Part shown: positions 47,324 to 57,851 of the stretch, one piece after another
How the letters are laid out: each line of letters opens with the position of its first letter
Position numbering within the stretch: position 1 is the first letter of the stretch
Source: Kiritimatiellia bacterium
GTDB lineage: Bacteria > Verrucomicrobiota > Kiritimatiellia > JAAZAB01
NCBI GenBank assembly: GCA_040767085.1
Contig: JAXGPF010000005.1
Coordinates: forward strand, 96,001-160,000
Reading direction: 5' to 3'
DNA length: 64,000 nucleotides
Made by a program: the position numbers and the translations under genes
Notes under the pieces: model-generated
Database searches by the model: none
What the model was told of the DNA's origin: nothing
Seen by the model: the letters and a program-made list of their open reading frames with translations, nothing else

Positions 47324-49270
47324 TCAGCTTACCCGTCCGGCTAAAATCCGCTCCAATTCGCGGCAATCCCGGCGTAAATCAGCATCCGCGATCCCGCCGG
47401 ACGCGGCGGCTGCGCCGCCGTATGCCGCGTCAAAATGGCGCTGATAGATGGAGGCCAGCATCTTGACGTCAGGCGCCGGCAACTTGATCCGCGGCAGCAT
47501 TTCCCCTAATTCTTTCGGCGTCAAAGCGGCGGTGTTGACCTCAAAACGCGCGGCCAGCACGGCGCGGATCATGTCGCAAATCGCGCCGGGCTCCCCAGCC
47601 GCGGCGCCGCTGCGTTGCAGGCGGCGCAGGCGCCGGCGGGCCGCCGTCAATACCCGGCGCCGCCGGCGGACGGATGCTGTCCGCCGGCGCCAGGCAAAAT
47701 ATTGCTGCACGGCCAACACCAAAATGTAACCAGCCGGCCCCGCCAGGACAACGATCCAGAGCCGCGGCCGGCCGAACAAATTTACCGACCCGGCGCCGGA
47801 CGCCGTCAGCCAGGGCGGCGCCGGTGTCAGTTCCGTATCCGGCACTTCCGGTTGGATCCCATTCACCGCCGTTGTAGCGCTGATGATCTGCTCCGCGGTC
47901 ACTTCCGCGCCCGGCCGCACATCCAGCGGCACCGGCGCGGTCCGGCGTACCGCGTACGCGCGGGCGGCGGTGTCATAGTAAGCCAATTCCAGGGGGGGCA
48001 CTTCCAACATGCCGGCGCGGCGGGGGCGGATGGTGTACACGAAGCGGCGCTGTGTTGGCGAATCGGCAAAAGTCTGGACGGTCTGGTCGTAAACCGAAAA
48101 ATTTTCCAGAAGATTGGTCTGCGTTTCCAGCCTGGGCGGCAGCATGCGGTCAAACCGCAAATGCCCGGTGACCGTCAAGGTCAGCCGCACCGGATCGCCG
48201 GCATTGCAGGTCAGGCAATCCAGGGATGCCGCGGCTTGCAGGTTCGTGCCCAGGGTCCCGGTGAAGGAAGCCGGCCGGCCGGCTTCCGGTGGCGGCACCA
48301 CCCGCACCGTAACCGCGCGGCCTACCGCGAAAATATCGCGCCCTGAGGCATTCCCGGCATCATCCACAGACACGGGAATGCTGCCTTTGAAAGTCGCCGG
48401 CCCGAACACATAATCGCCCTCCTCCTCGGGGGTATATTGCAATTCCAACTGGTACTCGAAATACGGCTGACCGTCCACCTCCACCATGCGCCGGGGCAGA
48501 ACGAAGCGGGCCCGGCGCGGCTGGCCGAAGGCTTCGAAAAATCCGCGGAAACTGAAAGGATCGTCCGCCAGGGTATATTCATTGATGTTTACGCCGGGCT
48601 GGTTGTCATGCCGGGCCAGGAGCCGCCGCAGCACATCCTGCATGGATGGCCCGCGCAAGCCGGCAATGGGATTATTATCCAGGAAGGGGGCCTGCAGCCG
48701 CGGGGGATTATCCGGAAACAGCGGGTCAACTTCGGCGAAACGGCCGGTGAGCGCGCGGATGCGCAGGCGCAGCCGCACCGTAAACGGCTCATCCGCCAGC
48801 ACCGTCTCGCGCGAAGCTTCCACGGCGAGCTGCACCTCGTCCTGCGGGGTGATATCCGTCACCGTCACTTCCGGGCCCGCCGCTTCCAGGCGCCGGCCGT
48901 CCGCCTCCAGCGCCACCGGCCCGGCCCGGAACACTCCCGCGCGGCGCGGGGTGACTTCGTAACTGACCACCCGGCCGGAAAAGCCCTCGCGCACCATGCG
49001 GCCGTTGATAATAGTAAAGGAGAAATTGCTGTACTCGCGGCTGTCCAGCAGCCGCACTGCGGCATCGGCAATGCCGGAGACATCCGGCTCCACCGGCTGG
49101 TCGGCGCCGGAAATTTTCACCTGCAGGATGAAAGACTCCCCGATGTAAATCCGCTGGCGGTTGGCCGTCGCTTCCAGGGCGACTTCCGCCCGGACCGCGG
49201 CGGCGCCCAGCAGCGCCGCCAACATGCCCACCGTCAATTTCCGGATGATATGCATGCGGCATTTCACCAA
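47324..49270 (-). CDS. batD: BatD family protein
   Basis: IYIGESF, TIINGRM, PASFTG..G, YYDTAARAY, C-terminal TM; operon position. Confidence 0.8.
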   Translation of the reverse strand: MVKCRMHIIRKLTVGMLAALLGAAAVRAEVALEATANRQRIYIGESFILQVKISGADQPVEPDVSGIADAAVRLLDSREYSNFSFTIINGRMVREGFSGRVVSYEVTPRRAGVFRAGPVALEADGRRLEAAGPEVTVTDITPQDEVQLAVEASRETVLADEPFTVRLRLRIRALTGRFAEVDPLFPDNPPRLQAPFLDNNPIAGLRGPSMQDVLRRLLARHDNQPGVNINEYTLADDPFSFRGFFEAFGQPRRARFVLPRRMVEVDGQPYFEYQLELQYTPEEEGDYVFGPATFKGSIPVSVDDAGNASGRDIFAVGRAVTVRVVPPPEAGRPASFTGTLGTNLQAAASLDCLTCNAGDPVRLTLTVTGHLRFDRMLPPRLETQTNLLENFSVYDQTVQTFADSPTQRRFVYTIRPRRAGMLEVPPLELAYYDTAARAYAVRRTAPVPLDVRPGAEVTAEQIISATTAVNGIQPEVPDTELTPAPPWLTASGAGSVNLFGRPRLWIVVLAGPAGYILVLAVQQYFAWRRRTASVRRRRRVLTAARRRLRRLQRSGAAAGEPGAICDMIRAVLAARFEVNTAALTPKELGEMLPRIKLPAPDVKMLASIYQRHFDAAYGGAAAASGGIADADLRRDCRELERILAGRVS

Positions 49271-52074
49271 TCGCGATCCGTCGGCGACAGCGGCGCGTAC
49301 TGGCGCTGTTGTCGCTGGCGGTATTCTTTTTCACGTTCAGCCGCCCTTTGCAGCAGCCGGAGCGCCTGTTCCGGAGTCATCTCTTGCTGGTCGTCTTCCT
49401 CAGCCGTCTCCGCGGCCGCTTGCTCGTTCGTCTCGGCCGACTGCGGCTGTTCCGGCTGTTCCTGTTCCGGTTGCTCCTGTTTTTCCTCCGGCTTCTGCTC
49501 TTCTTCCGGCTTCTGCTCTTCTTCCTGACCATCAGATTGCGGCTGGTCCTGCTTTTCCTGATCCTGTTGCTGCTGGTCCTGTTTCTGCTGCTGGTCCTGT
49601 TGCTGCTTATCCTGTTTCTGCTGGTCCTGTTTCTGCTGGTCCTGGCCCTGCTGCTGGTCCTGCTGCGGCGGGGGCGGCGGGGGCGGCGGCAGAAGTTTTT
49701 GGATGGCTTGGAGCAGATCGCGGCTGTTTTGCTGGGCGCTGCGCGCCGCCGGCCAATCGGGTTTGTTCAAGGCTGATAGCGCCTTCTGCTGGCGGTCAAC
49801 GGCTTCCCGGGCGAGTTTGACGATATTGGCGCGCTTTTCGGCGCTGATGCCCTGCTCCGGGTCGACCGGCTGGCCATCCGGCGCGGGCGGCGGCGGCGCG
49901 CCGGTTTCCGGCACGGCATTCGTAAACCGATCCAGAAACAATTCCGTCAGGACCTGGGTCTCCGCCTGATCGTCGCGGATGGCATCCGCCTGGGACGACG
50001 GATCCTCTTCGGAAAGAGCTTGCGCCAGGGCGTTAGTCTGGCGCAGCAGTCCTTCCTGCAAGAGAGCGGGATACGGCGCCAAGGCTTTCCAGAAGTTGTA
50101 CACCCCGCCGGCGGCCGTGCCGGCCGCTTCCGGCGCGCGCGGATCCAGATCGCGCAGCCGCGTCCGCGTTTGCAGCATGGCATCCTGCAAGGCCTGAAAA
50201 TACAAATCCAATTGCGGCGGCGCATTGGTGGCGCTGCCGGTTTCCAGCGCCAGCCGCAACGGTCCCAGCAGATCGGCGGCGTCGCGCTGGCGCTCCGCCA
50301 AGGCCTCCAGGCGTTCAATGCGGGCTGGCGGCGCCGCGGTCAAGGCCGCCACGCTTTCCGCGGCAATGGCGCGCTGGCGGCGCAGGATTTCATCCGTCAG
50401 TTCGGCCGGGGGCTTTTCGCCGTATTGCTTAAACACTTTTTGCAGGCGGGCCTGCTCGCGCTCCCGGGGCAACACCTCGGCCACGGCCTCCAGGGCAGCG
50501 CTCGCATCGCCGCCATTGCCGTTGACGTGGGCAGCCTGCTGGAATGCCTGGGCGGCGTTTTCCAGCCTGGCAATCCGGTCGGCCGGCTGGATATCCGGCG
50601 CGTTGGTGGCCGCGGCAGCGGCCGCGCCGGCGGCCGCCTGCCACCAGGCGCCGCCCTGGTTATACAACGCATCGGCATCCGCCGGTCCGGCCTGGCGGGC
50701 GGCCGTTGCGAACAGATCCGCTGCCTCCTGGTAAGCGCAGGCGCGATAGAGGGCGCAGGCGGCATTGTACAGCAAGGTATTGCGCAATTGCCGTTCCGCC
50801 GTATCGGAGCGCGGGGACGTCCCGGGCGCATCGCCGGCGGCCTGCCGCCAGGCCTCGGCCGCGGCCTGGTAATTGCCGGATTGATATAAGCGCCAGGCGC
50901 GCGCAGCTTCCGCGCGCCGATCGGGCGCCGTGACCGGCGCGGGCGGGGCGGATTCGGCGGCCGGCGGCGCCGGGGGATTGGTTTCCGCGCCGGCGGATAG
51001 CGCCGTCCCCGCCAGCAAGACCAGGAATGCCGCGGCTGGTCCGCCCCGGCGGCGTGTCCCTGCGGCGGACGGCGGCCTGGGCGCGGCCGGCCGGCCGCGG
51101 CTCAACCCCGCCGCCAGCAGGAAAGCCATGAGCGCCGGCGCCAGGAACCACTGGAATCGCTCCACCATGCCGCGCCGGGAAGTCTCTTCCAGGTCGCGGG
51201 CGGAAATCGCGCGCAGGTGATCGTGGTAAAGCGCGTCCAACCGGACGTTGGAAAGTCCCACCGGCACGTATGCCCCGCCGGTGGCTTCCGCGATGTTTTT
51301 CAAGGTGGCATGGTCGAGGCGGGTAGCCACCTGCCCGCCCTTATACAAGACCTGCCCGCCCGGCGCGCGGTCATCCGGAATGGGCGCGCCGGCGGCATCG
51401 CCCAAGCCCACCGTAAAAATGACGATGCCCGCCCGCGCCGCTTCCGCGGCGGATTCCGACGCCCGGCCGGCGAGGTCCTCGCCGTCGGAGATCAGGATAA
51501 TCGCCCGATGCGAGCCGGCTTCCTCGCCGAACGCTTCGGCCGCCTTGCGGATGGCATCGGCCAGATCCGTCTCGCCGGGCGGCGCGGAATCAACCGTCAT
51601 CTCGGCCAACGCCGTCTCCATGAAGCTGTAATCGGTGGTGAGCGGGCAGAGCAGCACCGCGCGCCCGCGGAAAGCCACCAACGCCACGCGGTCGCCCTGC
51701 AGGGCGCGCAGCAAATCCATGACATCGGCGCGCGCGCGTTCCAGCCGGCTGGGTTGAACATCGCGCGCCAGCATGGACCGGGAAACGTCCAGGGCAATCA
51801 CCAGGTCGCGGCCGCGCTGCAGTACGCGCTCATCGCGGTACCCCCAGCGCGGCGCGGCGGCGGCCAGCAGCGTCAGCAGCAACCCGGTCAGCACGGCCGC
51901 GAACTGCGCGCGGCGCCGCCAGCGCGCCGGCGCCGGCAGGATTTTTGCGCGCAAGGATGCGTCCACCAACCCGGCCAGCCGCCGGTCGCCGCGCCGGTGC
52001 AGCGCCCAGAGCAAGGCGGCGAACAACGGCGCACCCCACAGCAGAAACAAAACCCATGGTTCGCCAAAATGCAT
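49264..52074 (-). CDS. BatB/BatC-like fusion (vWA + TPR + Gln-rich linker)
   Basis: DVSRSM MIDAS, PLTTDY, ISDGED, YN TPR motifs, QDQQQ repeats, C-terminal DRDW. Confidence 0.85.
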   Translation of the reverse strand: MHFGEPWVLFLLWGAPLFAALLWALHRRGDRRLAGLVDASLRAKILPAPARWRRRAQFAAVLTGLLLTLLAAAAPRWGYRDERVLQRGRDLVIALDVSRSMLARDVQPSRLERARADVMDLLRALQGDRVALVAFRGRAVLLCPLTTDYSFMETALAEMTVDSAPPGETDLADAIRKAAEAFGEEAGSHRAIILISDGEDLAGRASESAAEAARAGIVIFTVGLGDAAGAPIPDDRAPGGQVLYKGGQVATRLDHATLKNIAEATGGAYVPVGLSNVRLDALYHDHLRAISARDLEETSRRGMVERFQWFLAPALMAFLLAAGLSRGRPAAPRPPSAAGTRRRGGPAAAFLVLLAGTALSAGAETNPPAPPAAESAPPAPVTAPDRRAEAARAWRLYQSGNYQAAAEAWRQAAGDAPGTSPRSDTAERQLRNTLLYNAACALYRACAYQEAADLFATAARQAGPADADALYNQGGAWWQAAAGAAAAAATNAPDIQPADRIARLENAAQAFQQAAHVNGNGGDASAALEAVAEVLPREREQARLQKVFKQYGEKPPAELTDEILRRQRAIAAESVAALTAAPPARIERLEALAERQRDAADLLGPLRLALETGSATNAPPQLDLYFQALQDAMLQTRTRLRDLDPRAPEAAGTAAGGVYNFWKALAPYPALLQEGLLRQTNALAQALSEEDPSSQADAIRDDQAETQVLTELFLDRFTNAVPETGAPPPPAPDGQPVDPEQGISAEKRANIVKLAREAVDRQQKALSALNKPDWPAARSAQQNSRDLLQAIQKLLPPPPPPPPQQDQQQGQDQQKQDQQKQDKQQQDQQQKQDQQQQDQEKQDQPQSDGQEEEQKPEEEQKPEEKQEQPEQEQPEQPQSAETNEQAAAETAEEDDQQEMTPEQALRLLQRAAEREKEYRQRQQRQYAPLSPTDRDW
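49440..49690 (-). repeat. Low-complexity coding repeats (polyP, QDQQK, EEQKP)
   Basis: ctgctggtcctg and ttctgctcttcttcc tandem units on the + strand. Confidence 0.8.
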
Positions 52075-52083
52075 GGTCAGTCC

Positions 52084-53118
52084 TTAAATCAAATGCCGCC
52101 CCAGGATCACATTCCCCAGCATGGCCAGGCACAGCATGACCAGCCCCGGCCACAGGCACCAATGATATAATTCATCATGCCGGCTGAAAATTTCGCTTTG
52201 CACCGGCGTACGCTCCAGCCGGTCAATGGACAGGAACGCCTCCTCCAGGGCGCGCGGATTGCGCACGTTGTAATACACCCCGCCGGTGTTTTCCGACAGC
52301 CGCCGCAGCAAAGCCTCATCCATGCTGACCTGCGCCTGCCGGATCACCTCCCGGCCGAAGATATCCCGCGCGCGGAATGGCGCCAGGCCGGTGGAGCCGA
52401 CGCCGATGGTGTAAATTTTAATTCCGAGCGCCTTGGCCGCCTGCATGGCGGTTTCCGGTTGGACGGCGCCGGTGTTAGACTCGCCGTCGCTGAGCAGCAC
52501 CACCACCCGGCTCTTGACCTGCGCCTGTTCCAGCCGCGCGCTGGCCACGGCCAGGGCATCCCCGATGGCGGTCAGCATTTCCTCCTGATTGATGACCCCG
52601 CCCTGGCGGTCGAATTGCGGCCGGGGCACCTGCACGCCCTGCAAGACATGAGTCAAAGCGTCATGGTCGAGGGTCAGCGGCACGCGGCCGACGGCAAACC
52701 CGCCGAATGTGACCAAACCGATCAGATCGGATGGGCGGCGGGCGACAAAATCCGCCATGGTGGACTTGACGACTTCCAACCGGCTGCGGAGCTGGTTGCC
52801 GGACGAAAAATCCAGCGCCTCCATCGAGCCGGAGATATCCATGACCAACTGGATGGCCACGGCATCGCTGGTGCGCGTCACACGGGCAAACACCATCTGC
52901 GGCCGCGCCAGCGCCACGATCAGCAGCATGGCCCCGCCCAGAAACACCCCCGGCAGGAGCGCGCGCAGCATGCGGCGCCAGGACCGCGCGGACGATGGCA
53001 AGGCGCCCGGCGGAGCGAAGAGCAACCCGGCGCGCATGCGGCGGGCATACACGGCCCAGGCGGCCGCGGCCCAGGGCAGCAGCAATAAAAACCATGCTGG
53101 ATGGAGGAATTTCAGCAT
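52084..53118 (-). CDS. batA: BatA vWA domain protein
   Basis: ALARPQ, DISGSM, TAIGDAL, LSDGESNTG, IYTIGVG. Confidence 0.9.
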   Translation of the reverse strand: MLKFLHPAWFLLLLPWAAAAWAVYARRMRAGLLFAPPGALPSSARSWRRMLRALLPGVFLGGAMLLIVALARPQMVFARVTRTSDAVAIQLVMDISGSMEALDFSSGNQLRSRLEVVKSTMADFVARRPSDLIGLVTFGGFAVGRVPLTLDHDALTHVLQGVQVPRPQFDRQGGVINQEEMLTAIGDALAVASARLEQAQVKSRVVVLLSDGESNTGAVQPETAMQAAKALGIKIYTIGVGSTGLAPFRARDIFGREVIRQAQVSMDEALLRRLSENTGGVYYNVRNPRALEEAFLSIDRLERTPVQSEIFSRHDELYHWCLWPGLVMLCLAMLGNVILGRHLI

Positions 53119-54098
53119 ACCGTCTTGCTTGCATTAGGCGCGGCCGGCAGCGCCGCGCCATCCGTTTCAATATATTCCCGCGCCGTCTGCACCGCGCGGG
53201 CGGCCACCGGATCGTCCGGCTGCCAGGCGGCGAATTTCACCAGGTCGGCGTTCCGCAAAAATTCGGACAGTTTAGCCAGCACCGCCGGGTCGAACCGGGC
53301 GTCAGCCGCAACCGCCGTCAAAAATTCCTCCGTGGTCTGTTCCGGCGCCCGGATGGCGTGGGCGCGTTCAATGTAACGCCGCACAATCAGGGACAAGGCG
53401 GCGAAAAACTCCTTCTGCCGGCCCGCCGCCCGGAGCCTGGATGACAGCAGTTGCTCCAGTTCGTACAAGGCGCGCTGGCGCGGCGACATCTGGCGCAGAC
53501 GCCAGAACCGGCGCAGACGCCGTATCAGCCGCCAGGCCAGCCAGGCGCCGGCGGCCAGCAAGGCCCAGCCGGCCGCCCGCCGGAGCAGCATCCGCCACGA
53601 CGGCATCACCCGGCGCGGCCCGCGGATATCGGCCACCTTGGGCGCGGCGATGACCGGCGGGAGCAAAGTCAGGGGCCGGGTGACCAGCCATTCGCCCGCC
53701 GCAGGATCGCCGCCAGCGGGGACGCAGGCCACGGCCAGCGGCCCCAGCCGGTATTCATCGTTGACCAGGGGCGTCAGACGGTAACAATGCTCCTGCACGC
53801 GCAGGCCGCCCGCAACCGACGCCGGGCGGGAAAACTCTCCGGCCAGCACAAACCCGGTCAGCCGCGGCACGATATCCGGCAGGCGCACGGCAATGTGTTC
53901 CGGCGCCCGCACCCGGAACGTCAACAGGATGTCGCGATCCAGACGGACTTGCGCCGGCTCGGCCACGATGACCAATTCCACCGCACCCTGCGCATTAGTC
54001 GCCGCCAGCCGCGCGGGCGCCTCTGCCGCAGCCGAATGGCCGAGCGCCAGCGCCGCCACGGCCGCGCCGAGGATTAAAATTTTCTTTTTGACATGCAT
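53112..54098 (-). CDS. DUF4381-like Bat-associated membrane protein
   Basis: Signal peptide, DIRGP, TM, LS.IVRRYIE, EQTTEEFL, ADLVKFA. Confidence 0.75.
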   Translation of the reverse strand: MHVKKKILILGAAVAALALGHSAAAEAPARLAATNAQGAVELVIVAEPAQVRLDRDILLTFRVRAPEHIAVRLPDIVPRLTGFVLAGEFSRPASVAGGLRVQEHCYRLTPLVNDEYRLGPLAVACVPAGGDPAAGEWLVTRPLTLLPPVIAAPKVADIRGPRRVMPSWRMLLRRAAGWALLAAGAWLAWRLIRRLRRFWRLRQMSPRQRALYELEQLLSSRLRAAGRQKEFFAALSLIVRRYIERAHAIRAPEQTTEEFLTAVAADARFDPAVLAKLSEFLRNADLVKFAAWQPDDPVAARAVQTAREYIETDGAALPAAPNASKTVC

Positions 54099-54197
54099 AT
54101 TTTGTCGGTTAAACGTTCGCGGCGGCGCGGACGCAGACGGCTCCGCCGGAGGCGTCGCCCTACCGTTTATGCCCGCGCGCACACCGGCCCTGCCCGG

Positions 54198-55088
<891 letters not shown>

Positions 55089-55185
55089 GCCAAGATTCGC
55101 TTTCCGCCGGGGTGGAATGCCCGGCTGCCGGCCGCCCGACGCGGGGACGGCCGAAAGGCGGCCGGCGCCGCGCGCCGCACAACAG

Positions 55186-56175
55186 TTACGGCACGGGAAT
55201 GTCGCTCAGGAGCCGCGTAATCAGCGCATCGCTGTCCACTTCTTCGGCTTCCGCCTCGTAAGTCAGGATTACCCGGTGGCGCAGGATATCGTGGGCCACT
55301 TCCTTGACATCCTGGGGCGTGGCGTAGCCCCGGCCGTGCAGCATCGCATTGGCGCGGGCAGCCATGTTCAAACAAAGCGTCGCGCGCGGCGAGGCGCCGT
55401 ACTCGATCTGGTGATCCAGCGGGATGTTATGCGCGGACGGCCGGCGCGTGGCGCCGACCAGGTCGAGGATGTAATCGCCAACCTTGTCGTCGCAGTACAC
55501 CTGGTCCAGCAACTCGCGCATGGATTCGATCTGTTCCGGCTGCAACACCGTCTGCACGGCAATGGTTCCCCGGCGCGTGAAGCGCTGCATGATGCGCCGT
55601 TCGTCGTCGCGCGAGGGATAATCCACCCGGCACTTCAGCATGAACCGGTCAATCTGCGCCTCCGGCAGCGGATAAGTGCCTTCCTGTTCGATCGGGTTCT
55701 GCGTGGCCATCACCAGGAACGGCTGCGGCAGGGGATAGGTTTTGTCGCCGATGGTCACCTGGCGTTCCTGCATGGCTTCCAGCAGGGCCGATTGCACCTT
55801 GGCCGGGGCGCGGTTGATTTCATCAGCCAGCAGCAGGTTGGTGAAAATCGGCCCCTGCCTGACATTGAAGCCGCCGTTGCGCGGATCGTATATCAGCGTA
55901 CCGATCAAATCCGCGGGCAGGAGGTCCGGCGTGAAACTGATGCGCTGGAACCGCAAGCCCAGCGTCTGCGCCATGGTTTTCACCACCGTGGTCTTCGCCA
56001 GGCCGGGCACGCCTTCCAGGAGAATGTGCCCGTCCGTGATCAAGGCCATCAGCATCCGGTCCACCAGCCGTTCCTGGCCCACAATGACCTTCATGACTTC
56101 CTGGCGCAGCCGGTCCAGCAACTCGGACTGGCCGCGGATGCGATCGGTGATCTGGGTGATTGCGTCGTGATCCAT
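55186..56175 (-). CDS. moxR: MoxR family AAA+ ATPase
   Basis: LLEGVPGLAKT, FTPDLLPAD, LADEINRAPAK, ATQNPIEQEGTYPLPEAQIDRF. Confidence 0.97.
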   Translation of the reverse strand: MDHDAITQITDRIRGQSELLDRLRQEVMKVIVGQERLVDRMLMALITDGHILLEGVPGLAKTTVVKTMAQTLGLRFQRISFTPDLLPADLIGTLIYDPRNGGFNVRQGPIFTNLLLADEINRAPAKVQSALLEAMQERQVTIGDKTYPLPQPFLVMATQNPIEQEGTYPLPEAQIDRFMLKCRVDYPSRDDERRIMQRFTRRGTIAVQTVLQPEQIESMRELLDQVYCDDKVGDYILDLVGATRRPSAHNIPLDHQIEYGASPRATLCLNMAARANAMLHGRGYATPQDVKEVAHDILRHRVILTYEAEAEEVDSDALITRLLSDIPVP

Positions 56176-56327
56176 ATGCTTATCCTCCGGGTGTCACATC
56201 TTACAATTCCCCGCGGCCGGCGGCGCACCGGCATGCCAACGCGCCCCGCCCGCGGCTATTTAAGTTTACGGCAGCGGCCGCCGCCCCTTGGCGGGATCAG
56301 CGGTGTGGCGCATGCCGCGTTCAGAAT

Positions 56328-56385
56328 GCCGAACGCAGTTCGGCCACTACAACCAGAACCCTGTAGCGGCGTCACTGCGTGACGC
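56328..56385. repeat. Pair of GTAG-type REP-like hairpins
   Basis: 56328-56351(-) TGTAGTG GCCGAAC TGC GTTCGGC; 56362-56385(+) TGTAGCG GCGTCAC TGC GTGACGC. Confidence 0.85.
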
Positions 56386-56440
56386 AACCATCTCACCGGG
56401 CGGCAGCAGCGTCAGCCGGAGTTCCGGCCATGCCGGAAGT

Positions 56441-57826
56441 TTACGGTGCCGCGGACTTGGCGGCCGGTTTTTCCGCGGGCTTGGCCGCCGGTTTGACAGC
56501 CGCCTTGGCCGGTTCGGCCGGTTTTTCCGTCTGTTTTACCGCCGGCTTGGATTCCGGCTGATCTGCCGGCACATCGGGCTGGACGTCCGCGGCCGGCGCC
56601 GCGGCTGCTTCAGCCGGCGCGGCGGCCGGCTGCTCATCCTTTTCCTCGGGCTTGGGCGGCGGCGTGATCAGCTTGTCGCGTTCCAGCAACATATTGTCCA
56701 GGCGGTAGGAGCGCAGGATGTAAATCCACGGAGAAATTTTTTCAGCCAGAACGCGGGCTTCCTCCTTGGGGTCGGCCTTGTCTTTCGGGCTGTCTTCGGC
56801 CGCGGGCTCAGGCATGCCGGCCGGCGTGTTGGTGGCCGCGGCGTCAGATTCCGGCTTTTTTTCGGGCGCCGGCGGCGCAACATATTCCACCCGGGCGGTC
56901 ACGTAGCGGTCGGTGCTGTTGGACGACACCGGGTTGCCGATGTGCAGGGTGTACACGCGTCCGTCATTCGCGCGCGCAGTGAAAACCACCGGCTTATCCA
57001 ATCCCGTCGCGGCGGGCGGGAGGGCCGGGTCGGCGACATCGTCGAACGACAGGTAACTCAGCGCGCCGGCCAGTTGACTGAGTTTGCCGGAATCCGCCGT
57101 GCCTTCTTCCGGCTGCAGATCGTCGAGCGACAGGGTCTTGCTGACCGGGTCGCGCCGCACCTTGATCGGGGCGCGATCCGGCCCGGTGATTTCCACCTCA
57201 TCCAGGTCGGAGGCATTGACGTTGATGAACTCGTCAGCCAGCCAGGATTTGGCCGGCTCGATCATGTTGTCCAGCGTGCGGCCGACCACGGCCACCATGC
57301 CGTCCGTCAACCGGACATAATGGCCGGAAGGATATCCGCCGCCGCCGAACATCATCTGCTGCTGGCTGCCGCCCCGCGGCTGGGTATTGAAATGCTTGCC
57401 GATCAGCAGTTCGGCCAGCAGTTGATTGTCCGTGCCGCGCAATTCCAGGCGGGTAGCGGCGGAGACGGCATTCGATCCCGGCAGTTGCAGGTTGAAGGCC
57501 TCGGCCCGTTCGCTGCCGCCGGGTATCACCTGGCCGATTTTCAACTCGCGCAAGGCGACCAGGGTATCCGCCACCTTGTCGAACTTGGCCGGATAATTGT
57601 AGCGGGCGGGGACCGTCCAGCGCTGCTCCGCGCGCTGGATGGCGAAGTTCGTCTCCGGCGTGGTGATGACGATCCCGGCCACGTCGTTCACCGGCAAATC
57701 CTCGAACACGGCCTGGCCCACCCGGGCCGGCCGGCGCGCCTGGCGGCCGGTATCCACGATCCGGTAGGCCCAGAACCCCAGCAAAACCGCCGCCGCCAGC
57801 AATACCGCAAGATTACGCATTTTCAT
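56441..57826 (-). CDS. DUF4340 domain protein with Ala/Pro/Lys-rich tail
   Basis: N-terminal TM, W....YNYPA, LLIGK, YVR, GLDKP; follows the GldG-like gene. Confidence 0.8.
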   Translation of the reverse strand: MKMRNLAVLLAAAVLLGFWAYRIVDTGRQARRPARVGQAVFEDLPVNDVAGIVITTPETNFAIQRAEQRWTVPARYNYPAKFDKVADTLVALRELKIGQVIPGGSERAEAFNLQLPGSNAVSAATRLELRGTDNQLLAELLIGKHFNTQPRGGSQQQMMFGGGGYPSGHYVRLTDGMVAVVGRTLDNMIEPAKSWLADEFINVNASDLDEVEITGPDRAPIKVRRDPVSKTLSLDDLQPEEGTADSGKLSQLAGALSYLSFDDVADPALPPAATGLDKPVVFTARANDGRVYTLHIGNPVSSNSTDRYVTARVEYVAPPAPEKKPESDAAATNTPAGMPEPAAEDSPKDKADPKEEARVLAEKISPWIYILRSYRLDNMLLERDKLITPPPKPEEKDEQPAAAPAEAAAAPAADVQPDVPADQPESKPAVKQTEKPAEPAKAAVKPAAKPAEKPAAKSAAP

Positions 57827-57851
57827 GATATTTGCATTGCCTCCGTATTAA

